Position numbers and translations under genes: made by a program. A stretch of 64,000 nucleotides of DNA. Origin: Squalus acanthias (taxonomy: Eukaryota). The stretch covers positions 92,132,001 through 92,196,000 of the forward strand of contig CM059436.1 in the NCBI GenBank assembly GCA_030390025.1. Reading direction: 5' to 3'. The notes beneath the pieces were generated by a model. It was not told where the DNA came from, made no database searches, and saw only the letters and a program-made list of their open reading frames with translations. Shown piece by piece: positions 51,110 to 64,000 of this stretch; the first letter of the stretch is position 1; each line of letters starts with the position of its first letter.

Positions 51110-51568
51110 TGTAAACTTGAGCTCATCCAAAACTCTGCTGCCCATATGCTAATTTGCACCAAGTCCCGTTCACCCATCACCCCTGTGCTTGCTGACCTAC
51201 ATTGGCTCCCAGTAAGGGAATGCCTCGATTTTAAAATTCTAATCCTTGTTTTCATATCCCTCCATGGCCTTGCCCCTCCCTATCTCTAACTTCCTCCAGC
51301 CCTACAACCCTCCGAGATCTCTTGCGCATCCCTGATTTTCATCATGCCTGGGCCCTAAGCTCTGGAATTCCCTCTCTAAACCTCTCGACCTCTCTACCCC
51401 TCTCTCTCCTCCTTAAAACCTACTTCTTTGACCAAGCTTTTGGTCACCTATCCTAATATCTCTTTATGTGGCTCATCAAATTTTGTTTGATAACATTCCT
51501 GTGAAGTGTCTTGGGACATTTTACTACATTAAGGGCACTCTATAAATGCAAGTTGTTGTTGTTGTTGT
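51110..51568 (+). mobile_element. L2 LINE 3' end with (GTT)n tail
   Basis: …cacccatcacccctgtgcttgctgacctacattggctccc…tataaatgcaagttgttgttg. Related L2 pieces lie at ~13300-13470, ~59520-59830 and ~60860-61770 (minus). Confidence 0.8.
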
Positions 51569-52625
51569 GACATATCAATGGTTTGGTGAGTTTATCCACA
51601 ATACAGCTGTGCCATGCTGACGAGAGATCCCTGGTATGTGTCGAGTTACCTGATCAGTCAAAGGTGGCAGCAGGGAGGCTAAAATTGCCCTCGGCATCCC
51701 TGGGTTAGGGAATGCAAAATCAGCCAGGATACTGAATCAGAATCTAGTGACCTCTGCTGGAAATGTGCTTGTGGATTTAGGACGCAGGCAGAATTGGGCT
51801 TGGTTGTGAGTGTCTTTGCAAACACCCTCTGTTGAGGAGCTGACATTAATAATGGTCGCTTGGGTGAATTATGAGAGTCGCTTAATGCCTGTAAAGCTCT
51901 ACTCAGTAAGGATTCACCACTTGGAAAAGAGATGGGGAGAAAACTATTGTACTTCAAGACAAATTGAAGTAAGTGAACTCTTTCCCCACTGTATAGTCAT
52001 CTAGAACATAGTGCTTTTCACTCTATGGGGTGAAATCAGTCTTGGGTAGTAGCTTAAAACAGGCGATAGCGAATTGGCAGCCTGTTCTACACCCTGCCCG
52101 ATTTTTTTTTTTCATTGAGGGTGGGGGGGAGGCAGGAGAATTGTAAAACAGGTTGACTATTCACTGTTGATGTGAAATAACACACTGGCTTTCCACGACT
52201 TCCATACATGAAGAAATAGTACTGAAATATGTTGAGGAAAGGGTACAGGGAGAGGTTAATGAGCAGCTGTAATATTAGGATTACAGTATGGTCATGTTAC
52301 TGGACTAGTAATTCAGAGAACGTGAGTTCAATTCCAACCTTGGCAATTTGAGAATTTTAAGTTATGCATTTAAAGGGAAAGCTCGATAAGCACATGAGGG
52401 AGAAAGGAATAGAAAGATGTGCTGAAAGAGTTAGGTGAAGTAGGGAGGGTGGAGTAAAAACAAGGCACGGACCAGTTTGGCCGAATGGCCTGTTTCTGTG
52501 CTATAAATTCTATGTATATCATGTCCTTGTCAGATTATGTGGCATCTGGTTAACGTATGTAAAATGTACTGTAACTAGCCTTGTAGAAACCTCTGGTTTA
52601 TTTGAATCAAATCTATTTCTTGTAG

Positions 52626-52690
52626 GAGGATGGTATCAGACAAGTCCTTGAAGAGATGAAAGCCCTGTATGAACAGAACCAAACTGATGT
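52626..52690 (+). CDS. GINS1: GINS1 coding exon 2
   Basis: ttgtag|EDGIRQVLEEMKALYEQNQTD(V)|gtaagt, 65 bp. Confidence 0.97.
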
Positions 52691-54865
52691 GTAAGTTTAT
52701 TTTGTGTGTTTTTTCATGTGCTGGCGAGCGGATTAACTTTCTGAATATAACACCAAAGTTAATCCATGAAAATGATTGTGCAACTGGTTTTCAACAATAG
52801 CTTCATGTCCCCTACGAACTAGAACCTATACCATTTCAGAAATCTGCCCCAGCAGAGTTTGCGTGGCCTGAAAGGTTACCAATTACCCATAGATTCAGTA
52901 ATCTGCTTACTGGATTGATGCATTTCACACTATAAAACCACTCTTCAAATTGGTCGAATGTAAACCTAGACCAGAGTTTCCTTTGCAAGCGAAAGGAACG
53001 GAAATAGCTAAAGTTGCATTGAGAATTAAATTTGGTAATGCTGTCAAGTTCAAATATTAAAAGTCAATGTAATGAGCAATGCTTATAAGGGGTTAATAAT
53101 CCTTTCACCATCTGAAGAAATAAAATCATGTCAATTTTGTTAAGTCCTTAATAATACACAGCAACTGTGGTCTCCTTTCTATTTCTCCAGCACATGCGTT
53201 CCATCATTGAGAACTTATCCCAATCAGCATGAACTGTTTGAATCTCCAGAACTCTTCAGAGTCCTGGTTTAACCCATTAAAATTCGTTTTTAAGTTAATC
53301 AGACAACAGACGATTAAAATTCATAGTACCAAAAGGATCCATTCAGTGATTTGATGCATATGTAATTGTTAGCTTAACAGAAGTTCACCTGAACAGGAAC
53401 CGATTGGATTCCGTAAGAGGCAAAATCCACACTGTAAAAATATCCATTTCTGATTCTTTTCTTATACAAATATCTAAACATACAAAATTATTAGCTAGAG
53501 GTGACAACGTTTTACAATGAACAACGGGTGCTAATTTTACAGAATGCGGTAAACTTATGCCTTAAAATCCACAGTATCACCTTGGTTCTCAGCACCAGCA
53601 AGCACTTTCATTTTGAGGTTTTTTTAAACTTAAGTCTCAGCTTATAAACCTACCACAAATGCTATCTCTGTACTCATGAGCCACACAAACTGGAATCGTT
53701 CTGAAAGACAGTGCAGCGAAACAATGTTATTGCTATAATGTAACATCGGATGCTGTGTTTACATTGAAATTAGTACTAAGTCTCAATGTATCTGGTCTGA
53801 TATTTAATTAAAATTTGCTCCCAAACTGTTCACTGGCCAGGTTGATTTATGATGATGAATACTTGGTTTCTAATTGTGCCTTTGTGGTTTATGTGCATAG
53901 GTCGAACAGTTTATTTTTCAGGCAAGGTCAAAATATTCTGGTCACGAGACAGCATGTAGCTGCTCAGCATCTACTTTCTCAATAATTTGTGTTACTGGGG
54001 GCAGTAAATGAGTATTGTGACTGTTCCAGCAGACTCTGGGAATAGCTTTTTTTAAGCTAAAGGTCTACAATTTACTTTATTGCCAAGGCAACTAATGTTT
54101 TCATCAAAAACTGGATGGATTTGTAGGATTTGATCCCCAATACTATTGGTGAAAATCCTGGAACCTGCCCTGCTGTAATAAAAACAGAATTTGAAATGTT
54201 CAGCCAGTAGTCCTTGCTTATTAGCTCCTTACTATAGTTTGACAGAATTTTTATATCTGATATTTTCTTCAATTTTTACTCTGTAAAGTCATTCTGACCA
54301 TCTCTTAATTAGTTGAATCTCATTATGTATTTTGAGGGGCTAGCTCTGAAATTAATTCCATTAGTTATAATGCTCAGTCCGAATGCAATGCTTAATCCAG
54401 ACAGTGTGAAGCTCCACTGTTGGGGGCAAGTGAAACACTTGGCTTTGCTCCACATTAGCTGAGGAGCAGTCACTACGGTAAGTGACATTGCCATTCTCCA
54501 CAGATTTAACTGCAGCCAAGGGATGCGCTGAGCTGAGACTGTGGCGGGAATATATTTCACTTTGACCTTCATCTGCCACTGTCACTGAGGGACCTTGCTG
54601 GAACAATTATACCCGAGACAAGACAAGAGTATAACTCGGGCAGCGTTTTAATTTGGTAAAGACTCTTGAGCACTTGAAACACATTACTGAACTGTACACA
54701 TGCTTCTGATAACAGTTCAAAGCATTCTACGTTGAAAATTATTTTTACTTGTGGATTTCCCATAGTGCTGCACTGGATAAACATTTAAAAAGAAGGAATA
54801 ACCATTAATACATAAATCTGTGTCTTTTACCCACTCCAGTTACCTACATAAATACAGTAATACAT

Positions 54866-55740
54866 AGAATTACATGGGATATACGGCACAGAATCCAGCC
54901 ATTTGGCTCAACCAGTCCATGCCGGCGTTTATGCTCCACTCGAGCCTCCTCCCATCTTTCCTCATCTAATTCTGTCAGCATAACCCTCTATTCCCTTCTC
55001 CCTCATATGCTTATCTAACCTCCCCTTAAATGCATCTATACTATTTGCTTCAACCACTCCCTGTGGTAGCGAGTTCCACATTCTCACCACTCTTTGGGTA
55101 AAGAAGTTTCTTCTGAATTCCCTATTGGATTTCTTGGTGACTATCTTATATTGATGGCCTCTAGTTATGCTCTTCCCCACAAGTGGATCTACTCTTATCA
55201 AATCCTTTCATAATTTTAAAGATCTCTATTAGGTCACCCCTCATCCTTCTCTTTTCAAGAGAAGGGAGACCCAGCCTGTTCAGCATTTCCTGATAGGTAT
55301 ACCCTCGCATTTCTGGTATCATCCTTGTAAATCTTCTCTGCACCCTCTCCAGTGCCTTCCTATCCTTTTAATAATATGGTGACCAGAATTGTACACCGTA
55401 ATCCAAGTGTGGCCTAACCAAGGTTCGATACAAGTTTAGCATAACAGTAGAGTCGTGATGTCTCTAATGGTCATAAATACAAGATAGTCACTAATAAATC
55501 CAATAAAGAATTCAGGAGAAACTTCTTTACTGAGAATGGTTAGAATGTGGAAATTGCTGTCACATGGAGTGGCTGAGGTGAATAGTATAGATGCATTTAA
55601 AGGGAAGCTAGATAAGTACATGAGGGAGAAAGGAATAGAAGGCTATGCTGATAGGGTGGGAGGCGGCTCGTCTGGAACATAGACCATTTGGGCCAAATGA
55701 TTTGTTTCTGTGCTGTAAATTCTATATAATTCTATGATGT
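54866..55740. mobile_element. Two divergently oriented CR1 3' fragments
   Basis: A minus copy at ~54866-55450 (QRRFTRMIP…RGDLIEIFKI…FFTQRVVRMW) and a plus copy at ~55480-55740. Confidence 0.85.
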
Positions 55741-56304
55741 ATGGAATAGATCAATTATAGCCCTGGTATCAATCCCTAGCATTAAATTATACTGTATTTT
55801 ACTTTAGTATATCAAAGTAAAGCCTTGATATACGTGAGCAACTTTGGCGTGGTCCAGTTTGCGTGCAACATCCAGCTCTGTCAATGGAGATAGAAATCGG
55901 ATGATGAGTTTCCACTGGCTGGCATAGTAGGAGATGGTGAGAGTGCCCATGGTGGCATTACCAGTGGTTGGAAGCATAGGCACATGGACAGGGTGGTGGT
56001 GGGGTGGCCGGGAGCCTACAAGTTAAGAACATTTTTAATGAGCATAACCGGTGATTACTGAGAGACTTTAGGTGTTGCAGTTTGACACCAGATCACTGTC
56101 TTGCTCTGCTGGCTGAAATTGCTTGGAGATCTAAAAGTTCTGTGCTGCCTATTATGTTCAAAATTCCCATTTGAAGTAAGCTTGTCTCGTACTATTCTGG
56201 AGTACAAAAGGGTGAAAATGTTTAATTGCCGAATGGAAAAGTAGGCTGCAAACGAGGATTGGAGTGAACAAGTCAATAAAATATTTATTTCATTTTCTTT
56301 GCAG

Positions 56305-56403
56305 AAATGAGGCTAAATCTGATGGAAGGACAGACTTAATCCCAACAATCAAGTTTCGTCACTGCTGTTTGCTGAGGAATAAGCGCTGCATTTTAGCATA
56401 CCT
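56305..56403 (+). CDS. GINS1: GINS1 coding exon 3
   Basis: ttgcag|[32 protein letters not shown](L)|gtatgt, 99 bp. Confidence 0.97.
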
Positions 56404-57287
56404 GTATGTCGCAGTGTGTTACTTATACTGTGGGGGTGGGGGGTGGTCCTGTGGTTTGTCGTCCTATGCTTAGTCTTGGCATCAGATTGGTTTTTTAATC
56501 TTCAGTTCTCCGATGTAAATATCTGTAGTCATGAGAAAATCACCTTGGCACAACTTGCTGCTTTATTTCCAGATATAAAGGCACCACAAAACATCTGCCA
56601 CTGTCCAAACACTTTCCATTTTGACTTTATTCATGTTGTACACCATTAATGGCAAACATGTTTAAATGTTATCTTATTCCTTCTGCAGTTTGGTTAGATT
56701 AGTGACTGTTAGTGTGGCATTATGAGCCGATGGAACATGACCTGCGACTAAGGGACCATCCTCCAACAGATTATTTTAAAATCTCTTCTCTTTCCCCCTG
56801 CCCCCCCTTTTTTAGGAAGTGGATTTTGCTAAGGTACAGTTCCACAGGTGTTGGGCATTCTCTGGTACCTTGTCCTAATAGCAATATTCCATGTGTAAGC
56901 CTAGACTGACAAATTACCTTTATATAGCAGTCCCTCTTATAAAAGGAATGTGTTAAGTATTTTTGAGAGATAAACACTGAGCAGGAAAAAAGGAGATTTT
57001 GCGGGGTATACTGAAGACCTGGTCAGAGATGGATTTTTACGAGACTTGAAAGCGGAGAGAAGCAGTAACGAGGTAGAGTGGATTTAGGAGAGAATTAGAG
57101 ATTAGTGACTGCAAGATCAGTCTCCAACATTGGAGCAGGGAACGAACCCTAATAGTGAGTCGGAGGAGTGTAAGGTATGGACTGCAGGAGACCATTGATG
57201 TGGTGTGAAGCAATGAAGGGATCCTGACATTGATTCAGTGGGATACAGGGAGCCAATAGAACATGGCAAGCATGGGGCGTGTGGTAG

Positions 57288-58742
57288 AGTCATAACGGCA
57301 CAGAAGGAGGCCATTCGGCCCATCGTGTCTGTGCCAGCTCTCTGTAGAGCAATCCAGTCAGTCCCATTCCCCTGCTCTATCTCTGTAGTCCTGCAAGTTT
57401 ATTTCCCTCAAGTGCCTATCCAGTCTCCCCTTGAAAACATTGAGTGTCGCTGCTTCCACCACTTCTGTCGGCAGCGAATTCCAGGTTATCACCACTCGCT
57501 GCCTAAAAAATTTTTTCCTCACATCCCGCCTTTATCTCTTGCCCAGAACCTTAAATTTGTGTCCCCTAGTCCTTGTACCATCAACTAATGGGAACAGCCT
57601 TTCCCCGTCTAGCCTATCCAAACCAGTCATAATCTTGTACACCTCTATCAAATCACCCCTCAACCTCCTTTGCTCTAATGAAAACAAATCCAGCATCTCC
57701 GACCTGTCCTTGTAGCTAAGATCCCCCATCCCCGGAACCATTCTGGTAAATCTCCTCTGCACCCTCTCAAGGGCCTTCACATCCTTCCTAAAGTGTGGTG
57801 ACCAGAACTGGACGCAATACTCCAGTTGTGGCCTAACCAGCGCTTTATAAAGATTCAGCATAACTTCTCTACTTTTGTACTCAATACCTCTATTTATGAA
57901 GCCGAAGATCCCATATGCTTTGTTAACCACTCTCTCAATATGTCCTGCCACCTTCAGGGACCTATGCACATTAACTCCCAGGTCCCTCTGTCCCTGCACA
58001 CTCTTTAAAACTGTGCCATGAAGTGTATATTGCCTCTCCCTGTTCCTTCTGCCAAAATGCATCACCTCACACTTCTCTGTATTAAATTCCATCTGCCACT
58101 TGTCTGCCCATTCTGCTAGCCTTTCTATGCCCTGTTGCAGTCTATTGGTATCATCAATGTTTGCCACACCCCCAAGTTTGGTGTCATCAGCAAATTTAGA
58201 AATTCTACTGTATTCCAATATCCAGGTCATTTCAAAAGAAGCAGTGGCCCCAGCACTGACCCTTGGGGAACACCACTGTCTACCATCCTCCAGTCTGGAA
58301 AAACAGCCATTTACCACAACATGCTGTTTTCTGTCCTTAAGCCATTTCCTTATCCAAGCTGCCACTGACCCACCTATTCCATGAGCCTCAATTTTGTTAA
58401 CCAGCCTTCTATGTGGTGCTTTGTCAAACGCCTTCTGAAATCCATGTAGACAACATCCATTGCATTCCCTTCATCAATCCTCCCTGTTACTTCATCAAAA
58501 AATTCAGTTAGTTTAGTCAAACATGATCTGCCTTTTACAAATCCGTGTTGGCTCTCCTTAATTAGCTTAAACCTCTCCAAGTGCCTGTTTTAATTTTTTC
58601 CTTGATTATTGTTTCTAAAACTTTACCCACCACTGATGTTAAACTGACCAGCCTGTAGTTACTAGGATTGTCCTTGCACCCTTTCTTGAACAATGGTGTC
58701 ACATTTGCCACTTTCCAATCCTCAGGCACCTCCCCCACATCT
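57288..58742 (-). mobile_element. CR1 LINE 3' portion (RT)
   Basis: EDWKVANVTPLFKKG…SQHGFVKGRSCLT…KFADDTKLGG…RPQLEYCVQFWSP. Confidence 0.92.
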
Positions 58743-60172
58743 GTATTGGATATTGTACAGGAGAAGATATGGGCCACAGACTTCTGGATTAACTGCTGCA
58801 AATGAAGGCCAGTGAGAGCCTTTGAGAAATCAATCTTTGCGCCAATGAAAGCATGGATTAGAGTTTCAGCAATGATGGGCAGTATATCATGAGGGTATCC
58901 TCGCACAATATCCACACTCAGTGTACAGTAAGGCTATGGGGAAAGAAGAGGAGTGGGGCTAATTGGATAGCTCTTTCAAAGAGCTGGCACAGGCTCGATG
59001 GGTTGAATGGCCTCTTTCAGTGCTGTATGATTCTAGTAGTGAGGGTGGAAACCTTTTCTGATTGGTGTTTTTTTTTTTTTCCCCCTCCTTCAGTTTAGGG
59101 GACACAGACTACCTGCAGCTGATATCAGTGAATTCAGCATAGACAAAACAATTAATTGTGGGACATTCAAAGCTTCCACGGCTCTGTTCTGCCAGGGAAA
59201 CCATAGATTTATTTTTCATCCAAATTTCCTTGGCATCCGGTAGCTGGGTTCCTGTCTACATCAGGACGAGGGGCTCATTATCTTCCCCGTCCCGAGATAT
59301 ATTAAACTGTCTCTATCAAAAATACAATGAGTAACAAAGAGTCAGTCTTTACAAGTACCTATTGCTAAGTAATGTTCATTCGAAGGACGTAGGTGAAGAT
59401 ACAAAGCCAACCTAATCTGTATGCTGTTTTCAGGTTTCATTGTTGAATGAAAGCCTTTTCAAAAGTTTGTACGTGTCATTGTTTTTACCTTTGTAAAATC
59501 TGGACAAGAGAATCCAACGGCAACAACTTGTGTTTTTATAGTGCCTTTTAACATAGTAAAATGTCCCAAGGTGCTTCACAGGCGCGTAATTGGACAGAAA
59601 TTGACACCAAACCAAAGAAGGAGGCATTGGGACAGGTGATGTAGGTTTTAAGGAGCATCTTAAAGGAGGGGAGAGAGAGGTGGAGAAGTTTAGGGAGGGA
59701 ATTCCAAAGCTTAGGGCCTAGGCAGCTGAAGGTACGGTTGCCAATGGTGGGGCAAAGGAAGTAGGGGATTCCCAAGAGGCCAGAGTTGGAGGAACGCAGA
59801 GTTGTAGGGCTGGATAAAGTCACAGGGATGGGGAGGAGTGTCCAGACTTCAAGACGGCAGTGAGGTGCTTCAGTTGGCATCAATATTTCTGGGAAAGGGA
59901 GGGGGAGAATCAGCCAGGATATCCACTCCTGATTACCATCCACTGACTGCCCTGGGGGTATTTGTGTGCTGATGTCAGGCAAGCAAAGGATCAGGTCCCA
60001 CAGTTAAATAGCCTACCAACATCCACTGCCGATGAATGAGCGAGATAATGAGCGGCCTCTGTCTGTGGGGAGCTGGTATGAATAGTGCCTTCAGAAGAGA
60101 AGTAAAGGGGGGAAAAAAATAGAGGAAAGAGATCGAGCTTAAAAAAAAATTAACATGTTTTCTCCTCAACAG

Positions 60173-60263
60173 GTACGACCGTTTATTGCGGATTCGATCG
60201 TTGAGGTGGGAATATGGAAGTGTTCTACCATCAGGAATCCGGTTCCATTTTGCTGCTGAGGAG
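60173..60263 (+). CDS. GINS1: GINS1 coding exon 4
   Basis: caacag|[30 protein letters not shown]|gtaagg, 91 bp; later exons lie beyond the window. Confidence 0.97.
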
Positions 60264-62497
60264 GTAAGGCTGCTTTAAAACAGATTGTCAAGAACCTAAA
60301 AATGTGGGAATGAGGAAAGGCCATTCGGCCCATCCAACTCTCTGTCCTCCGAGGCCCTTTTAGTGTAGCCCTGGCTCATTTAAGTTTGCTTTTTCATAGA
60401 ACCATGGAAATTTCAGCATAGAAGGTGGCCATTTGTAACTGTGCCTGTGCTAACTCCACGTCATAGCTACTTACTCTAGTTCCATTTCCCTGTTCTTATC
60501 CTGGGACCTTTTAATATTTTTCCTCTGAAGTGTTCCCTTTTAACTGCTGTGATTGACTCTCCTCCAATAGCTGCTCACGACAACATGTTCCATATTCTGA
60601 TCAACCTTTGTGTGAAAATGTGTCTTATGTCCCCTTCATGCTTTATCGTGCTAATTCATGCCCTCACTGACCAGTAGAAATAATCTTTCACTATTTACCT
60701 TCTTAAACCCTTTCAAAACTTTGAACACTCCTTTTGTAATTTACCCCTCCCCCTCAGTCTAGTAATTACAGTCCCAGCTTTTCAATTCTTTCATCACTGG
60801 TGTCATACTAGTAACTCCACATTGCACCTTTTCCATGGCTCCAATATCCTTTCCTCAACGACTTGTATTTACATTGCACCATTAACTTAGAAGAGCATCT
60901 CACGATGCCGGGGGAAATGCCGAGCCATATAAGGAGATATTAGGACAGGTGACCAAAAGCTTAGTCGAAGAGGTAGGATTCAAGGAGCGTCTTAAAGGAG
61001 GAGGGAGAGGTTTAGGGAGGGAATTCCAGAGAGTGGGATCTGGGCAGCTGAACGTATGGCCTCCAAAGAGGAGGGAAAATACACATGAGGCCGGAGTCAG
61101 AGGGGAGAGTTGTGGGGCTGGAGGAGGTTACAGAGCTAGGGAGGGATGTAAACGCAAGGATGAGAATTTTAAATTTGGGCCACTGGGCGACCAGGAGCCA
61201 GTCAGAAATGATGGGCAACTGGGACTTGAAATGGGATAGGATACAGGCAGCAGAGTTTTGGATGCGGTAAAGTTTATGGGCGGTGGAGGTTGGAAAACCA
61301 GCCTGGAGAGCATTGGAATAGTCAAGTCTGGAGGTGATAATGGCATGGGAGAGGATTTCAGCTGGCGCGGGGCTGAGCTGGGAACAGGGGCTAGCGATGA
61401 TGTGTAGTGGATGGTGAGGATATGGGGTCGAGCACTCGGGTTGGGGTCAAACTGAACACCAAAGTTGGGAACCGTCTGGTTCAAGCTGAGACAATGGCAA
61501 GGGTGCAGATTTTGTGACGGGCTGAAGGTGATAGCTTCGATCTTCCCCACGTGTAGCTGGAAGACGTTGCGACTCATCTGAGACTGGATGTTCGATGAGC
61601 AGCTTGTCAGACAAGAGGTGGTGGAGGAGTTGAGAGGTGGCGCTGGGTGTCGGCATCATGCATGTGGAAGCTGACCCTACTGTCTGCGGATGATGTCGCC
61701 TAGGAGCAGCGTGTATATGAGGCAGAGGAGGGGCCAAAGATGGATCCTTTGGGAACTCCATAGAGAGTGAAAGTTGGCAGTATTGCCAACACATGTTTTC
61801 CCATAATCTTGCTTCTTTCTGATGAGCTTTGTGATGTTTGGTTCTGTGTGCCTCTTTGACCTACACCTCTGGTGAGCTCAGTGTTTTTTCTCTCCAGTAC
61901 TCCCTCAAAAAGATTTGTAACCTATGTAAGTAAAATTACAAAATAGCATTTAAAAAGTACATCATTAAAGAATAAGTGAATAAACTACAACAGTAACAGT
62001 TAATATTGAATTTCCCCCCCAGAAATTAAACTGTTAATGAGTCAGATTTCCTGTTTGCTGCAATAGCAGCAGATCTTCAGCAGAGTGGGATTCCCATCTG
62101 CCTTTTGCCTGTGCCTAAGGTTGGATTGATTTACAAGATTAGGGCAGGCCCCCGGGCCACTTACAATGTTGCTGTGGTGCCTGCCTCATATTGTGAGGGA
62201 AATGGTTGCAGTGCCTTGCCACAGCGAAGCAGGTCTGGCAGTGCTAGCTAATGGGAGGAGCGGGAGCGGGGATGCTGCAAGTTTTTTAAATTCCCACTTT
62301 GACTAAGGCTCTGCGATTGATTGAGTTCATCAAAGGGGCCATCTAACTTTTTTTTTGAACTCTACCCATAGACACACTGGTTATGCCATGTCATTGTGCC
62401 TCTTCTTCCCCCCCCCCCCCCACCCCCCAAGTATGTCCAAGGCACAAATGGCAGGAAATACTCGGATATTGTCTTGACTTTTATGCCCTATTATATT

Positions 62498-62724
62498 ATG
62501 AGAAGTCGCACAACACCAGGTTATAGTCCAACAGATTTATTTAATTTTACAAGCTTTCGGAGCTGTCGCTCCTTCGTCAGGTAAGTTAGCAATGAGTTAC
62601 CTGACGAAGGAGCGACAGCTCCGAAAGCTTGTAAAATTAAATAAATCTGTTGGACTATAACCTGGTGTTGTGCGACTTCTCATTTTTGTCCACCCCAGTC
62701 CAACGCCGGCATCTCCACATCATG
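62498..62724 (+). mobile_element. Penelope-like terminus, same family (87-bp inverted arms)
   Basis: Arms 62498-62584 and 62597-62683 with the same tail; TSD CTATTATATTATG (62488-62500 and 62729-62741). Confidence 0.85.
62597..62634 (+). ncRNA. Minimal type-I hammerhead ribozyme motif
   Basis: UUAC-CUGACGA-A-GGAGC(gaca)GCUCC-GAAA-GCUU-GUAA; helix I covaries relative to the 20.7-kb copy. Confidence 0.72.
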
Positions 62725-63279
62725 ACCTCTATTATATTATGTTCACCCATATCTGGGCAGACGTATTATACACCCAATGCCTCATCCAGCGGAAAATCCC
62801 AGAAGTAGTATTAAAAGGAATGGTCCTCGCCCACCCAGGTCACTCTTGTTTACCAGCGTAACATCAGTGGGAAAATGGGAGGTAGCTCTCTTTCTCTTTC
62901 TTCCCCCCACCCCTTCCCATCTCTCCTAATTTTCACCAGGTTTAAATCTTTTAAAATAAAAACTGGGAAATTTAAAGAAAGAACCCGATTCCTAATCATC
63001 ACTGACTAGACAGCAAGGATCAACATTCAAGTAGGATGAGTAGATGTGGCTGTCGGAAGTCTTTCCCCCCTGATGCACCCCACAGTGCTCTGTTGTGACC
63101 AGGGAAGAACTAGTAAAATCTGCTGAATGAGTGCATGCAAGTGAAGGTTTATGTTGCCATTTCATGTTTTGGTTCTTCTGGGTGGGAGTCCAGTACTGTG
63201 GGTGCTGCCTTGGCTCTTTGGGCAGTGGTTTAAACAATTCCTATATATTACACTGCAAGTGTCACACTGTTTAAAAAGC

Positions 63280-64000
63280 CTGACAAACTAGTGAGGCTGA
63301 ACCAGACTGTTTGCAACATTGACGTTCTATTTGACCCCGAGTTCCTAACCCCATGTCCTCTCCACCATCCATCACCAAGACTGCCTACTTTCACCTCTAA
63401 CATTGCCCATCTCTGCCCCTGCCACCGCTCATCTGCTGCTGGAACCCTCATCCGTGCTGTTGTTACCACAAGACTCAACTATTCCAACGCTTCCACCTTG
63501 CACACTTCGTAAACTTGAGCTAATCCAAAACTCTGCTGCCTGTATCCTAACTCATCAAATCCCATTCACCCATCACCCCTGTGCTCGCTGACCTACATTG
63601 GCTCCCGGTCTGGCAACGCCTTTAATTTAAAATTCTCATCCTTGTTTTCAAATCCCTCCATGGCCTCGCCCCTTCCTATCTCTGTAACCTCCTCCAGCCC
63701 TACAACCCTCCGAGAGCTCTGCATTCCTCCAATTCTGTCCTCTTGAGCATCCCTGATTTTCTTCGCTCCACCATTGGCCGTGCCTTCAGCTGGCCAGGCC
63801 CTAAGCTCTGGAATTCCCTCCCTAAACCTCTCTGCCTCTCTACCTCTCGCTCCTCCTTTAAAATGCTCCTTAAAACCCACCACTTCACCTATCCTATTAT
63901 CTCCTTATGTCAATCGGTGTCAAATTTGGTTTGATAATCGTTCCTGTGAAGTACCTTGGGACTTTTTACTGTGTTAAAGGTGCTATATAAATGGTGGTTG
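63280..64000 (+). mobile_element. L2 LINE 3' end
   Basis: TLIRAVVTTRLNYSNA…KLELIQNSAACILT…AFSWPGPKLWNSLP, with the 3' tail at the window end. Confidence 0.85.

Noticed and set aside
20452-62724. Repeated palindromic units as CRISPR-like or prokaryotic features
   Set aside because: The units are dispersed rather than arrayed with spacers, in a eukaryotic intron context, and are explained by Penelope-like termini.

Overview
Vertebrate genomic DNA, most likely a shark or other cartilaginous fish (inferred from the DeuSINE/CR1/L2/Penelope repeat content). Two host genes lie head-to-head, as in human: ABHD12 on the minus strand (coding exons 1-3 at 32472-32650, 13551-13675 and 10584-10689; the rest lies left of the window) and GINS1/PSF1 on the plus strand (coding exons 1-4 at 44937-45011, 52626-52690, 56305-56403 and 60173-60263; the rest lies right of the window). 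Most of the remainder is transposable-element sequence: CR1, L2 and Tx1 fragments, DeuSINEs, hAT and PIF/Harbinger MITEs, a near-intact CsRn1-lineage Gypsy element with both LTRs and a TSD, and Penelope-like elements that form long palindromes and carry minimal hammerhead ribozymes. There is one 500-N gap. The most unusual observation is a single-ORF (EN+RT) LINE at 14855-18772. It starts with a tRNA-type (Pol III) head, its sense strand almost completely lacks T-runs, and the local 'SINEs' are its internally deleted derivatives, which suggests a Pol III-transcribed protein-coding retrotransposon. Two short locally templated inverted insertions are also visible. All coordinates and counts were read by eye; no database search was run.
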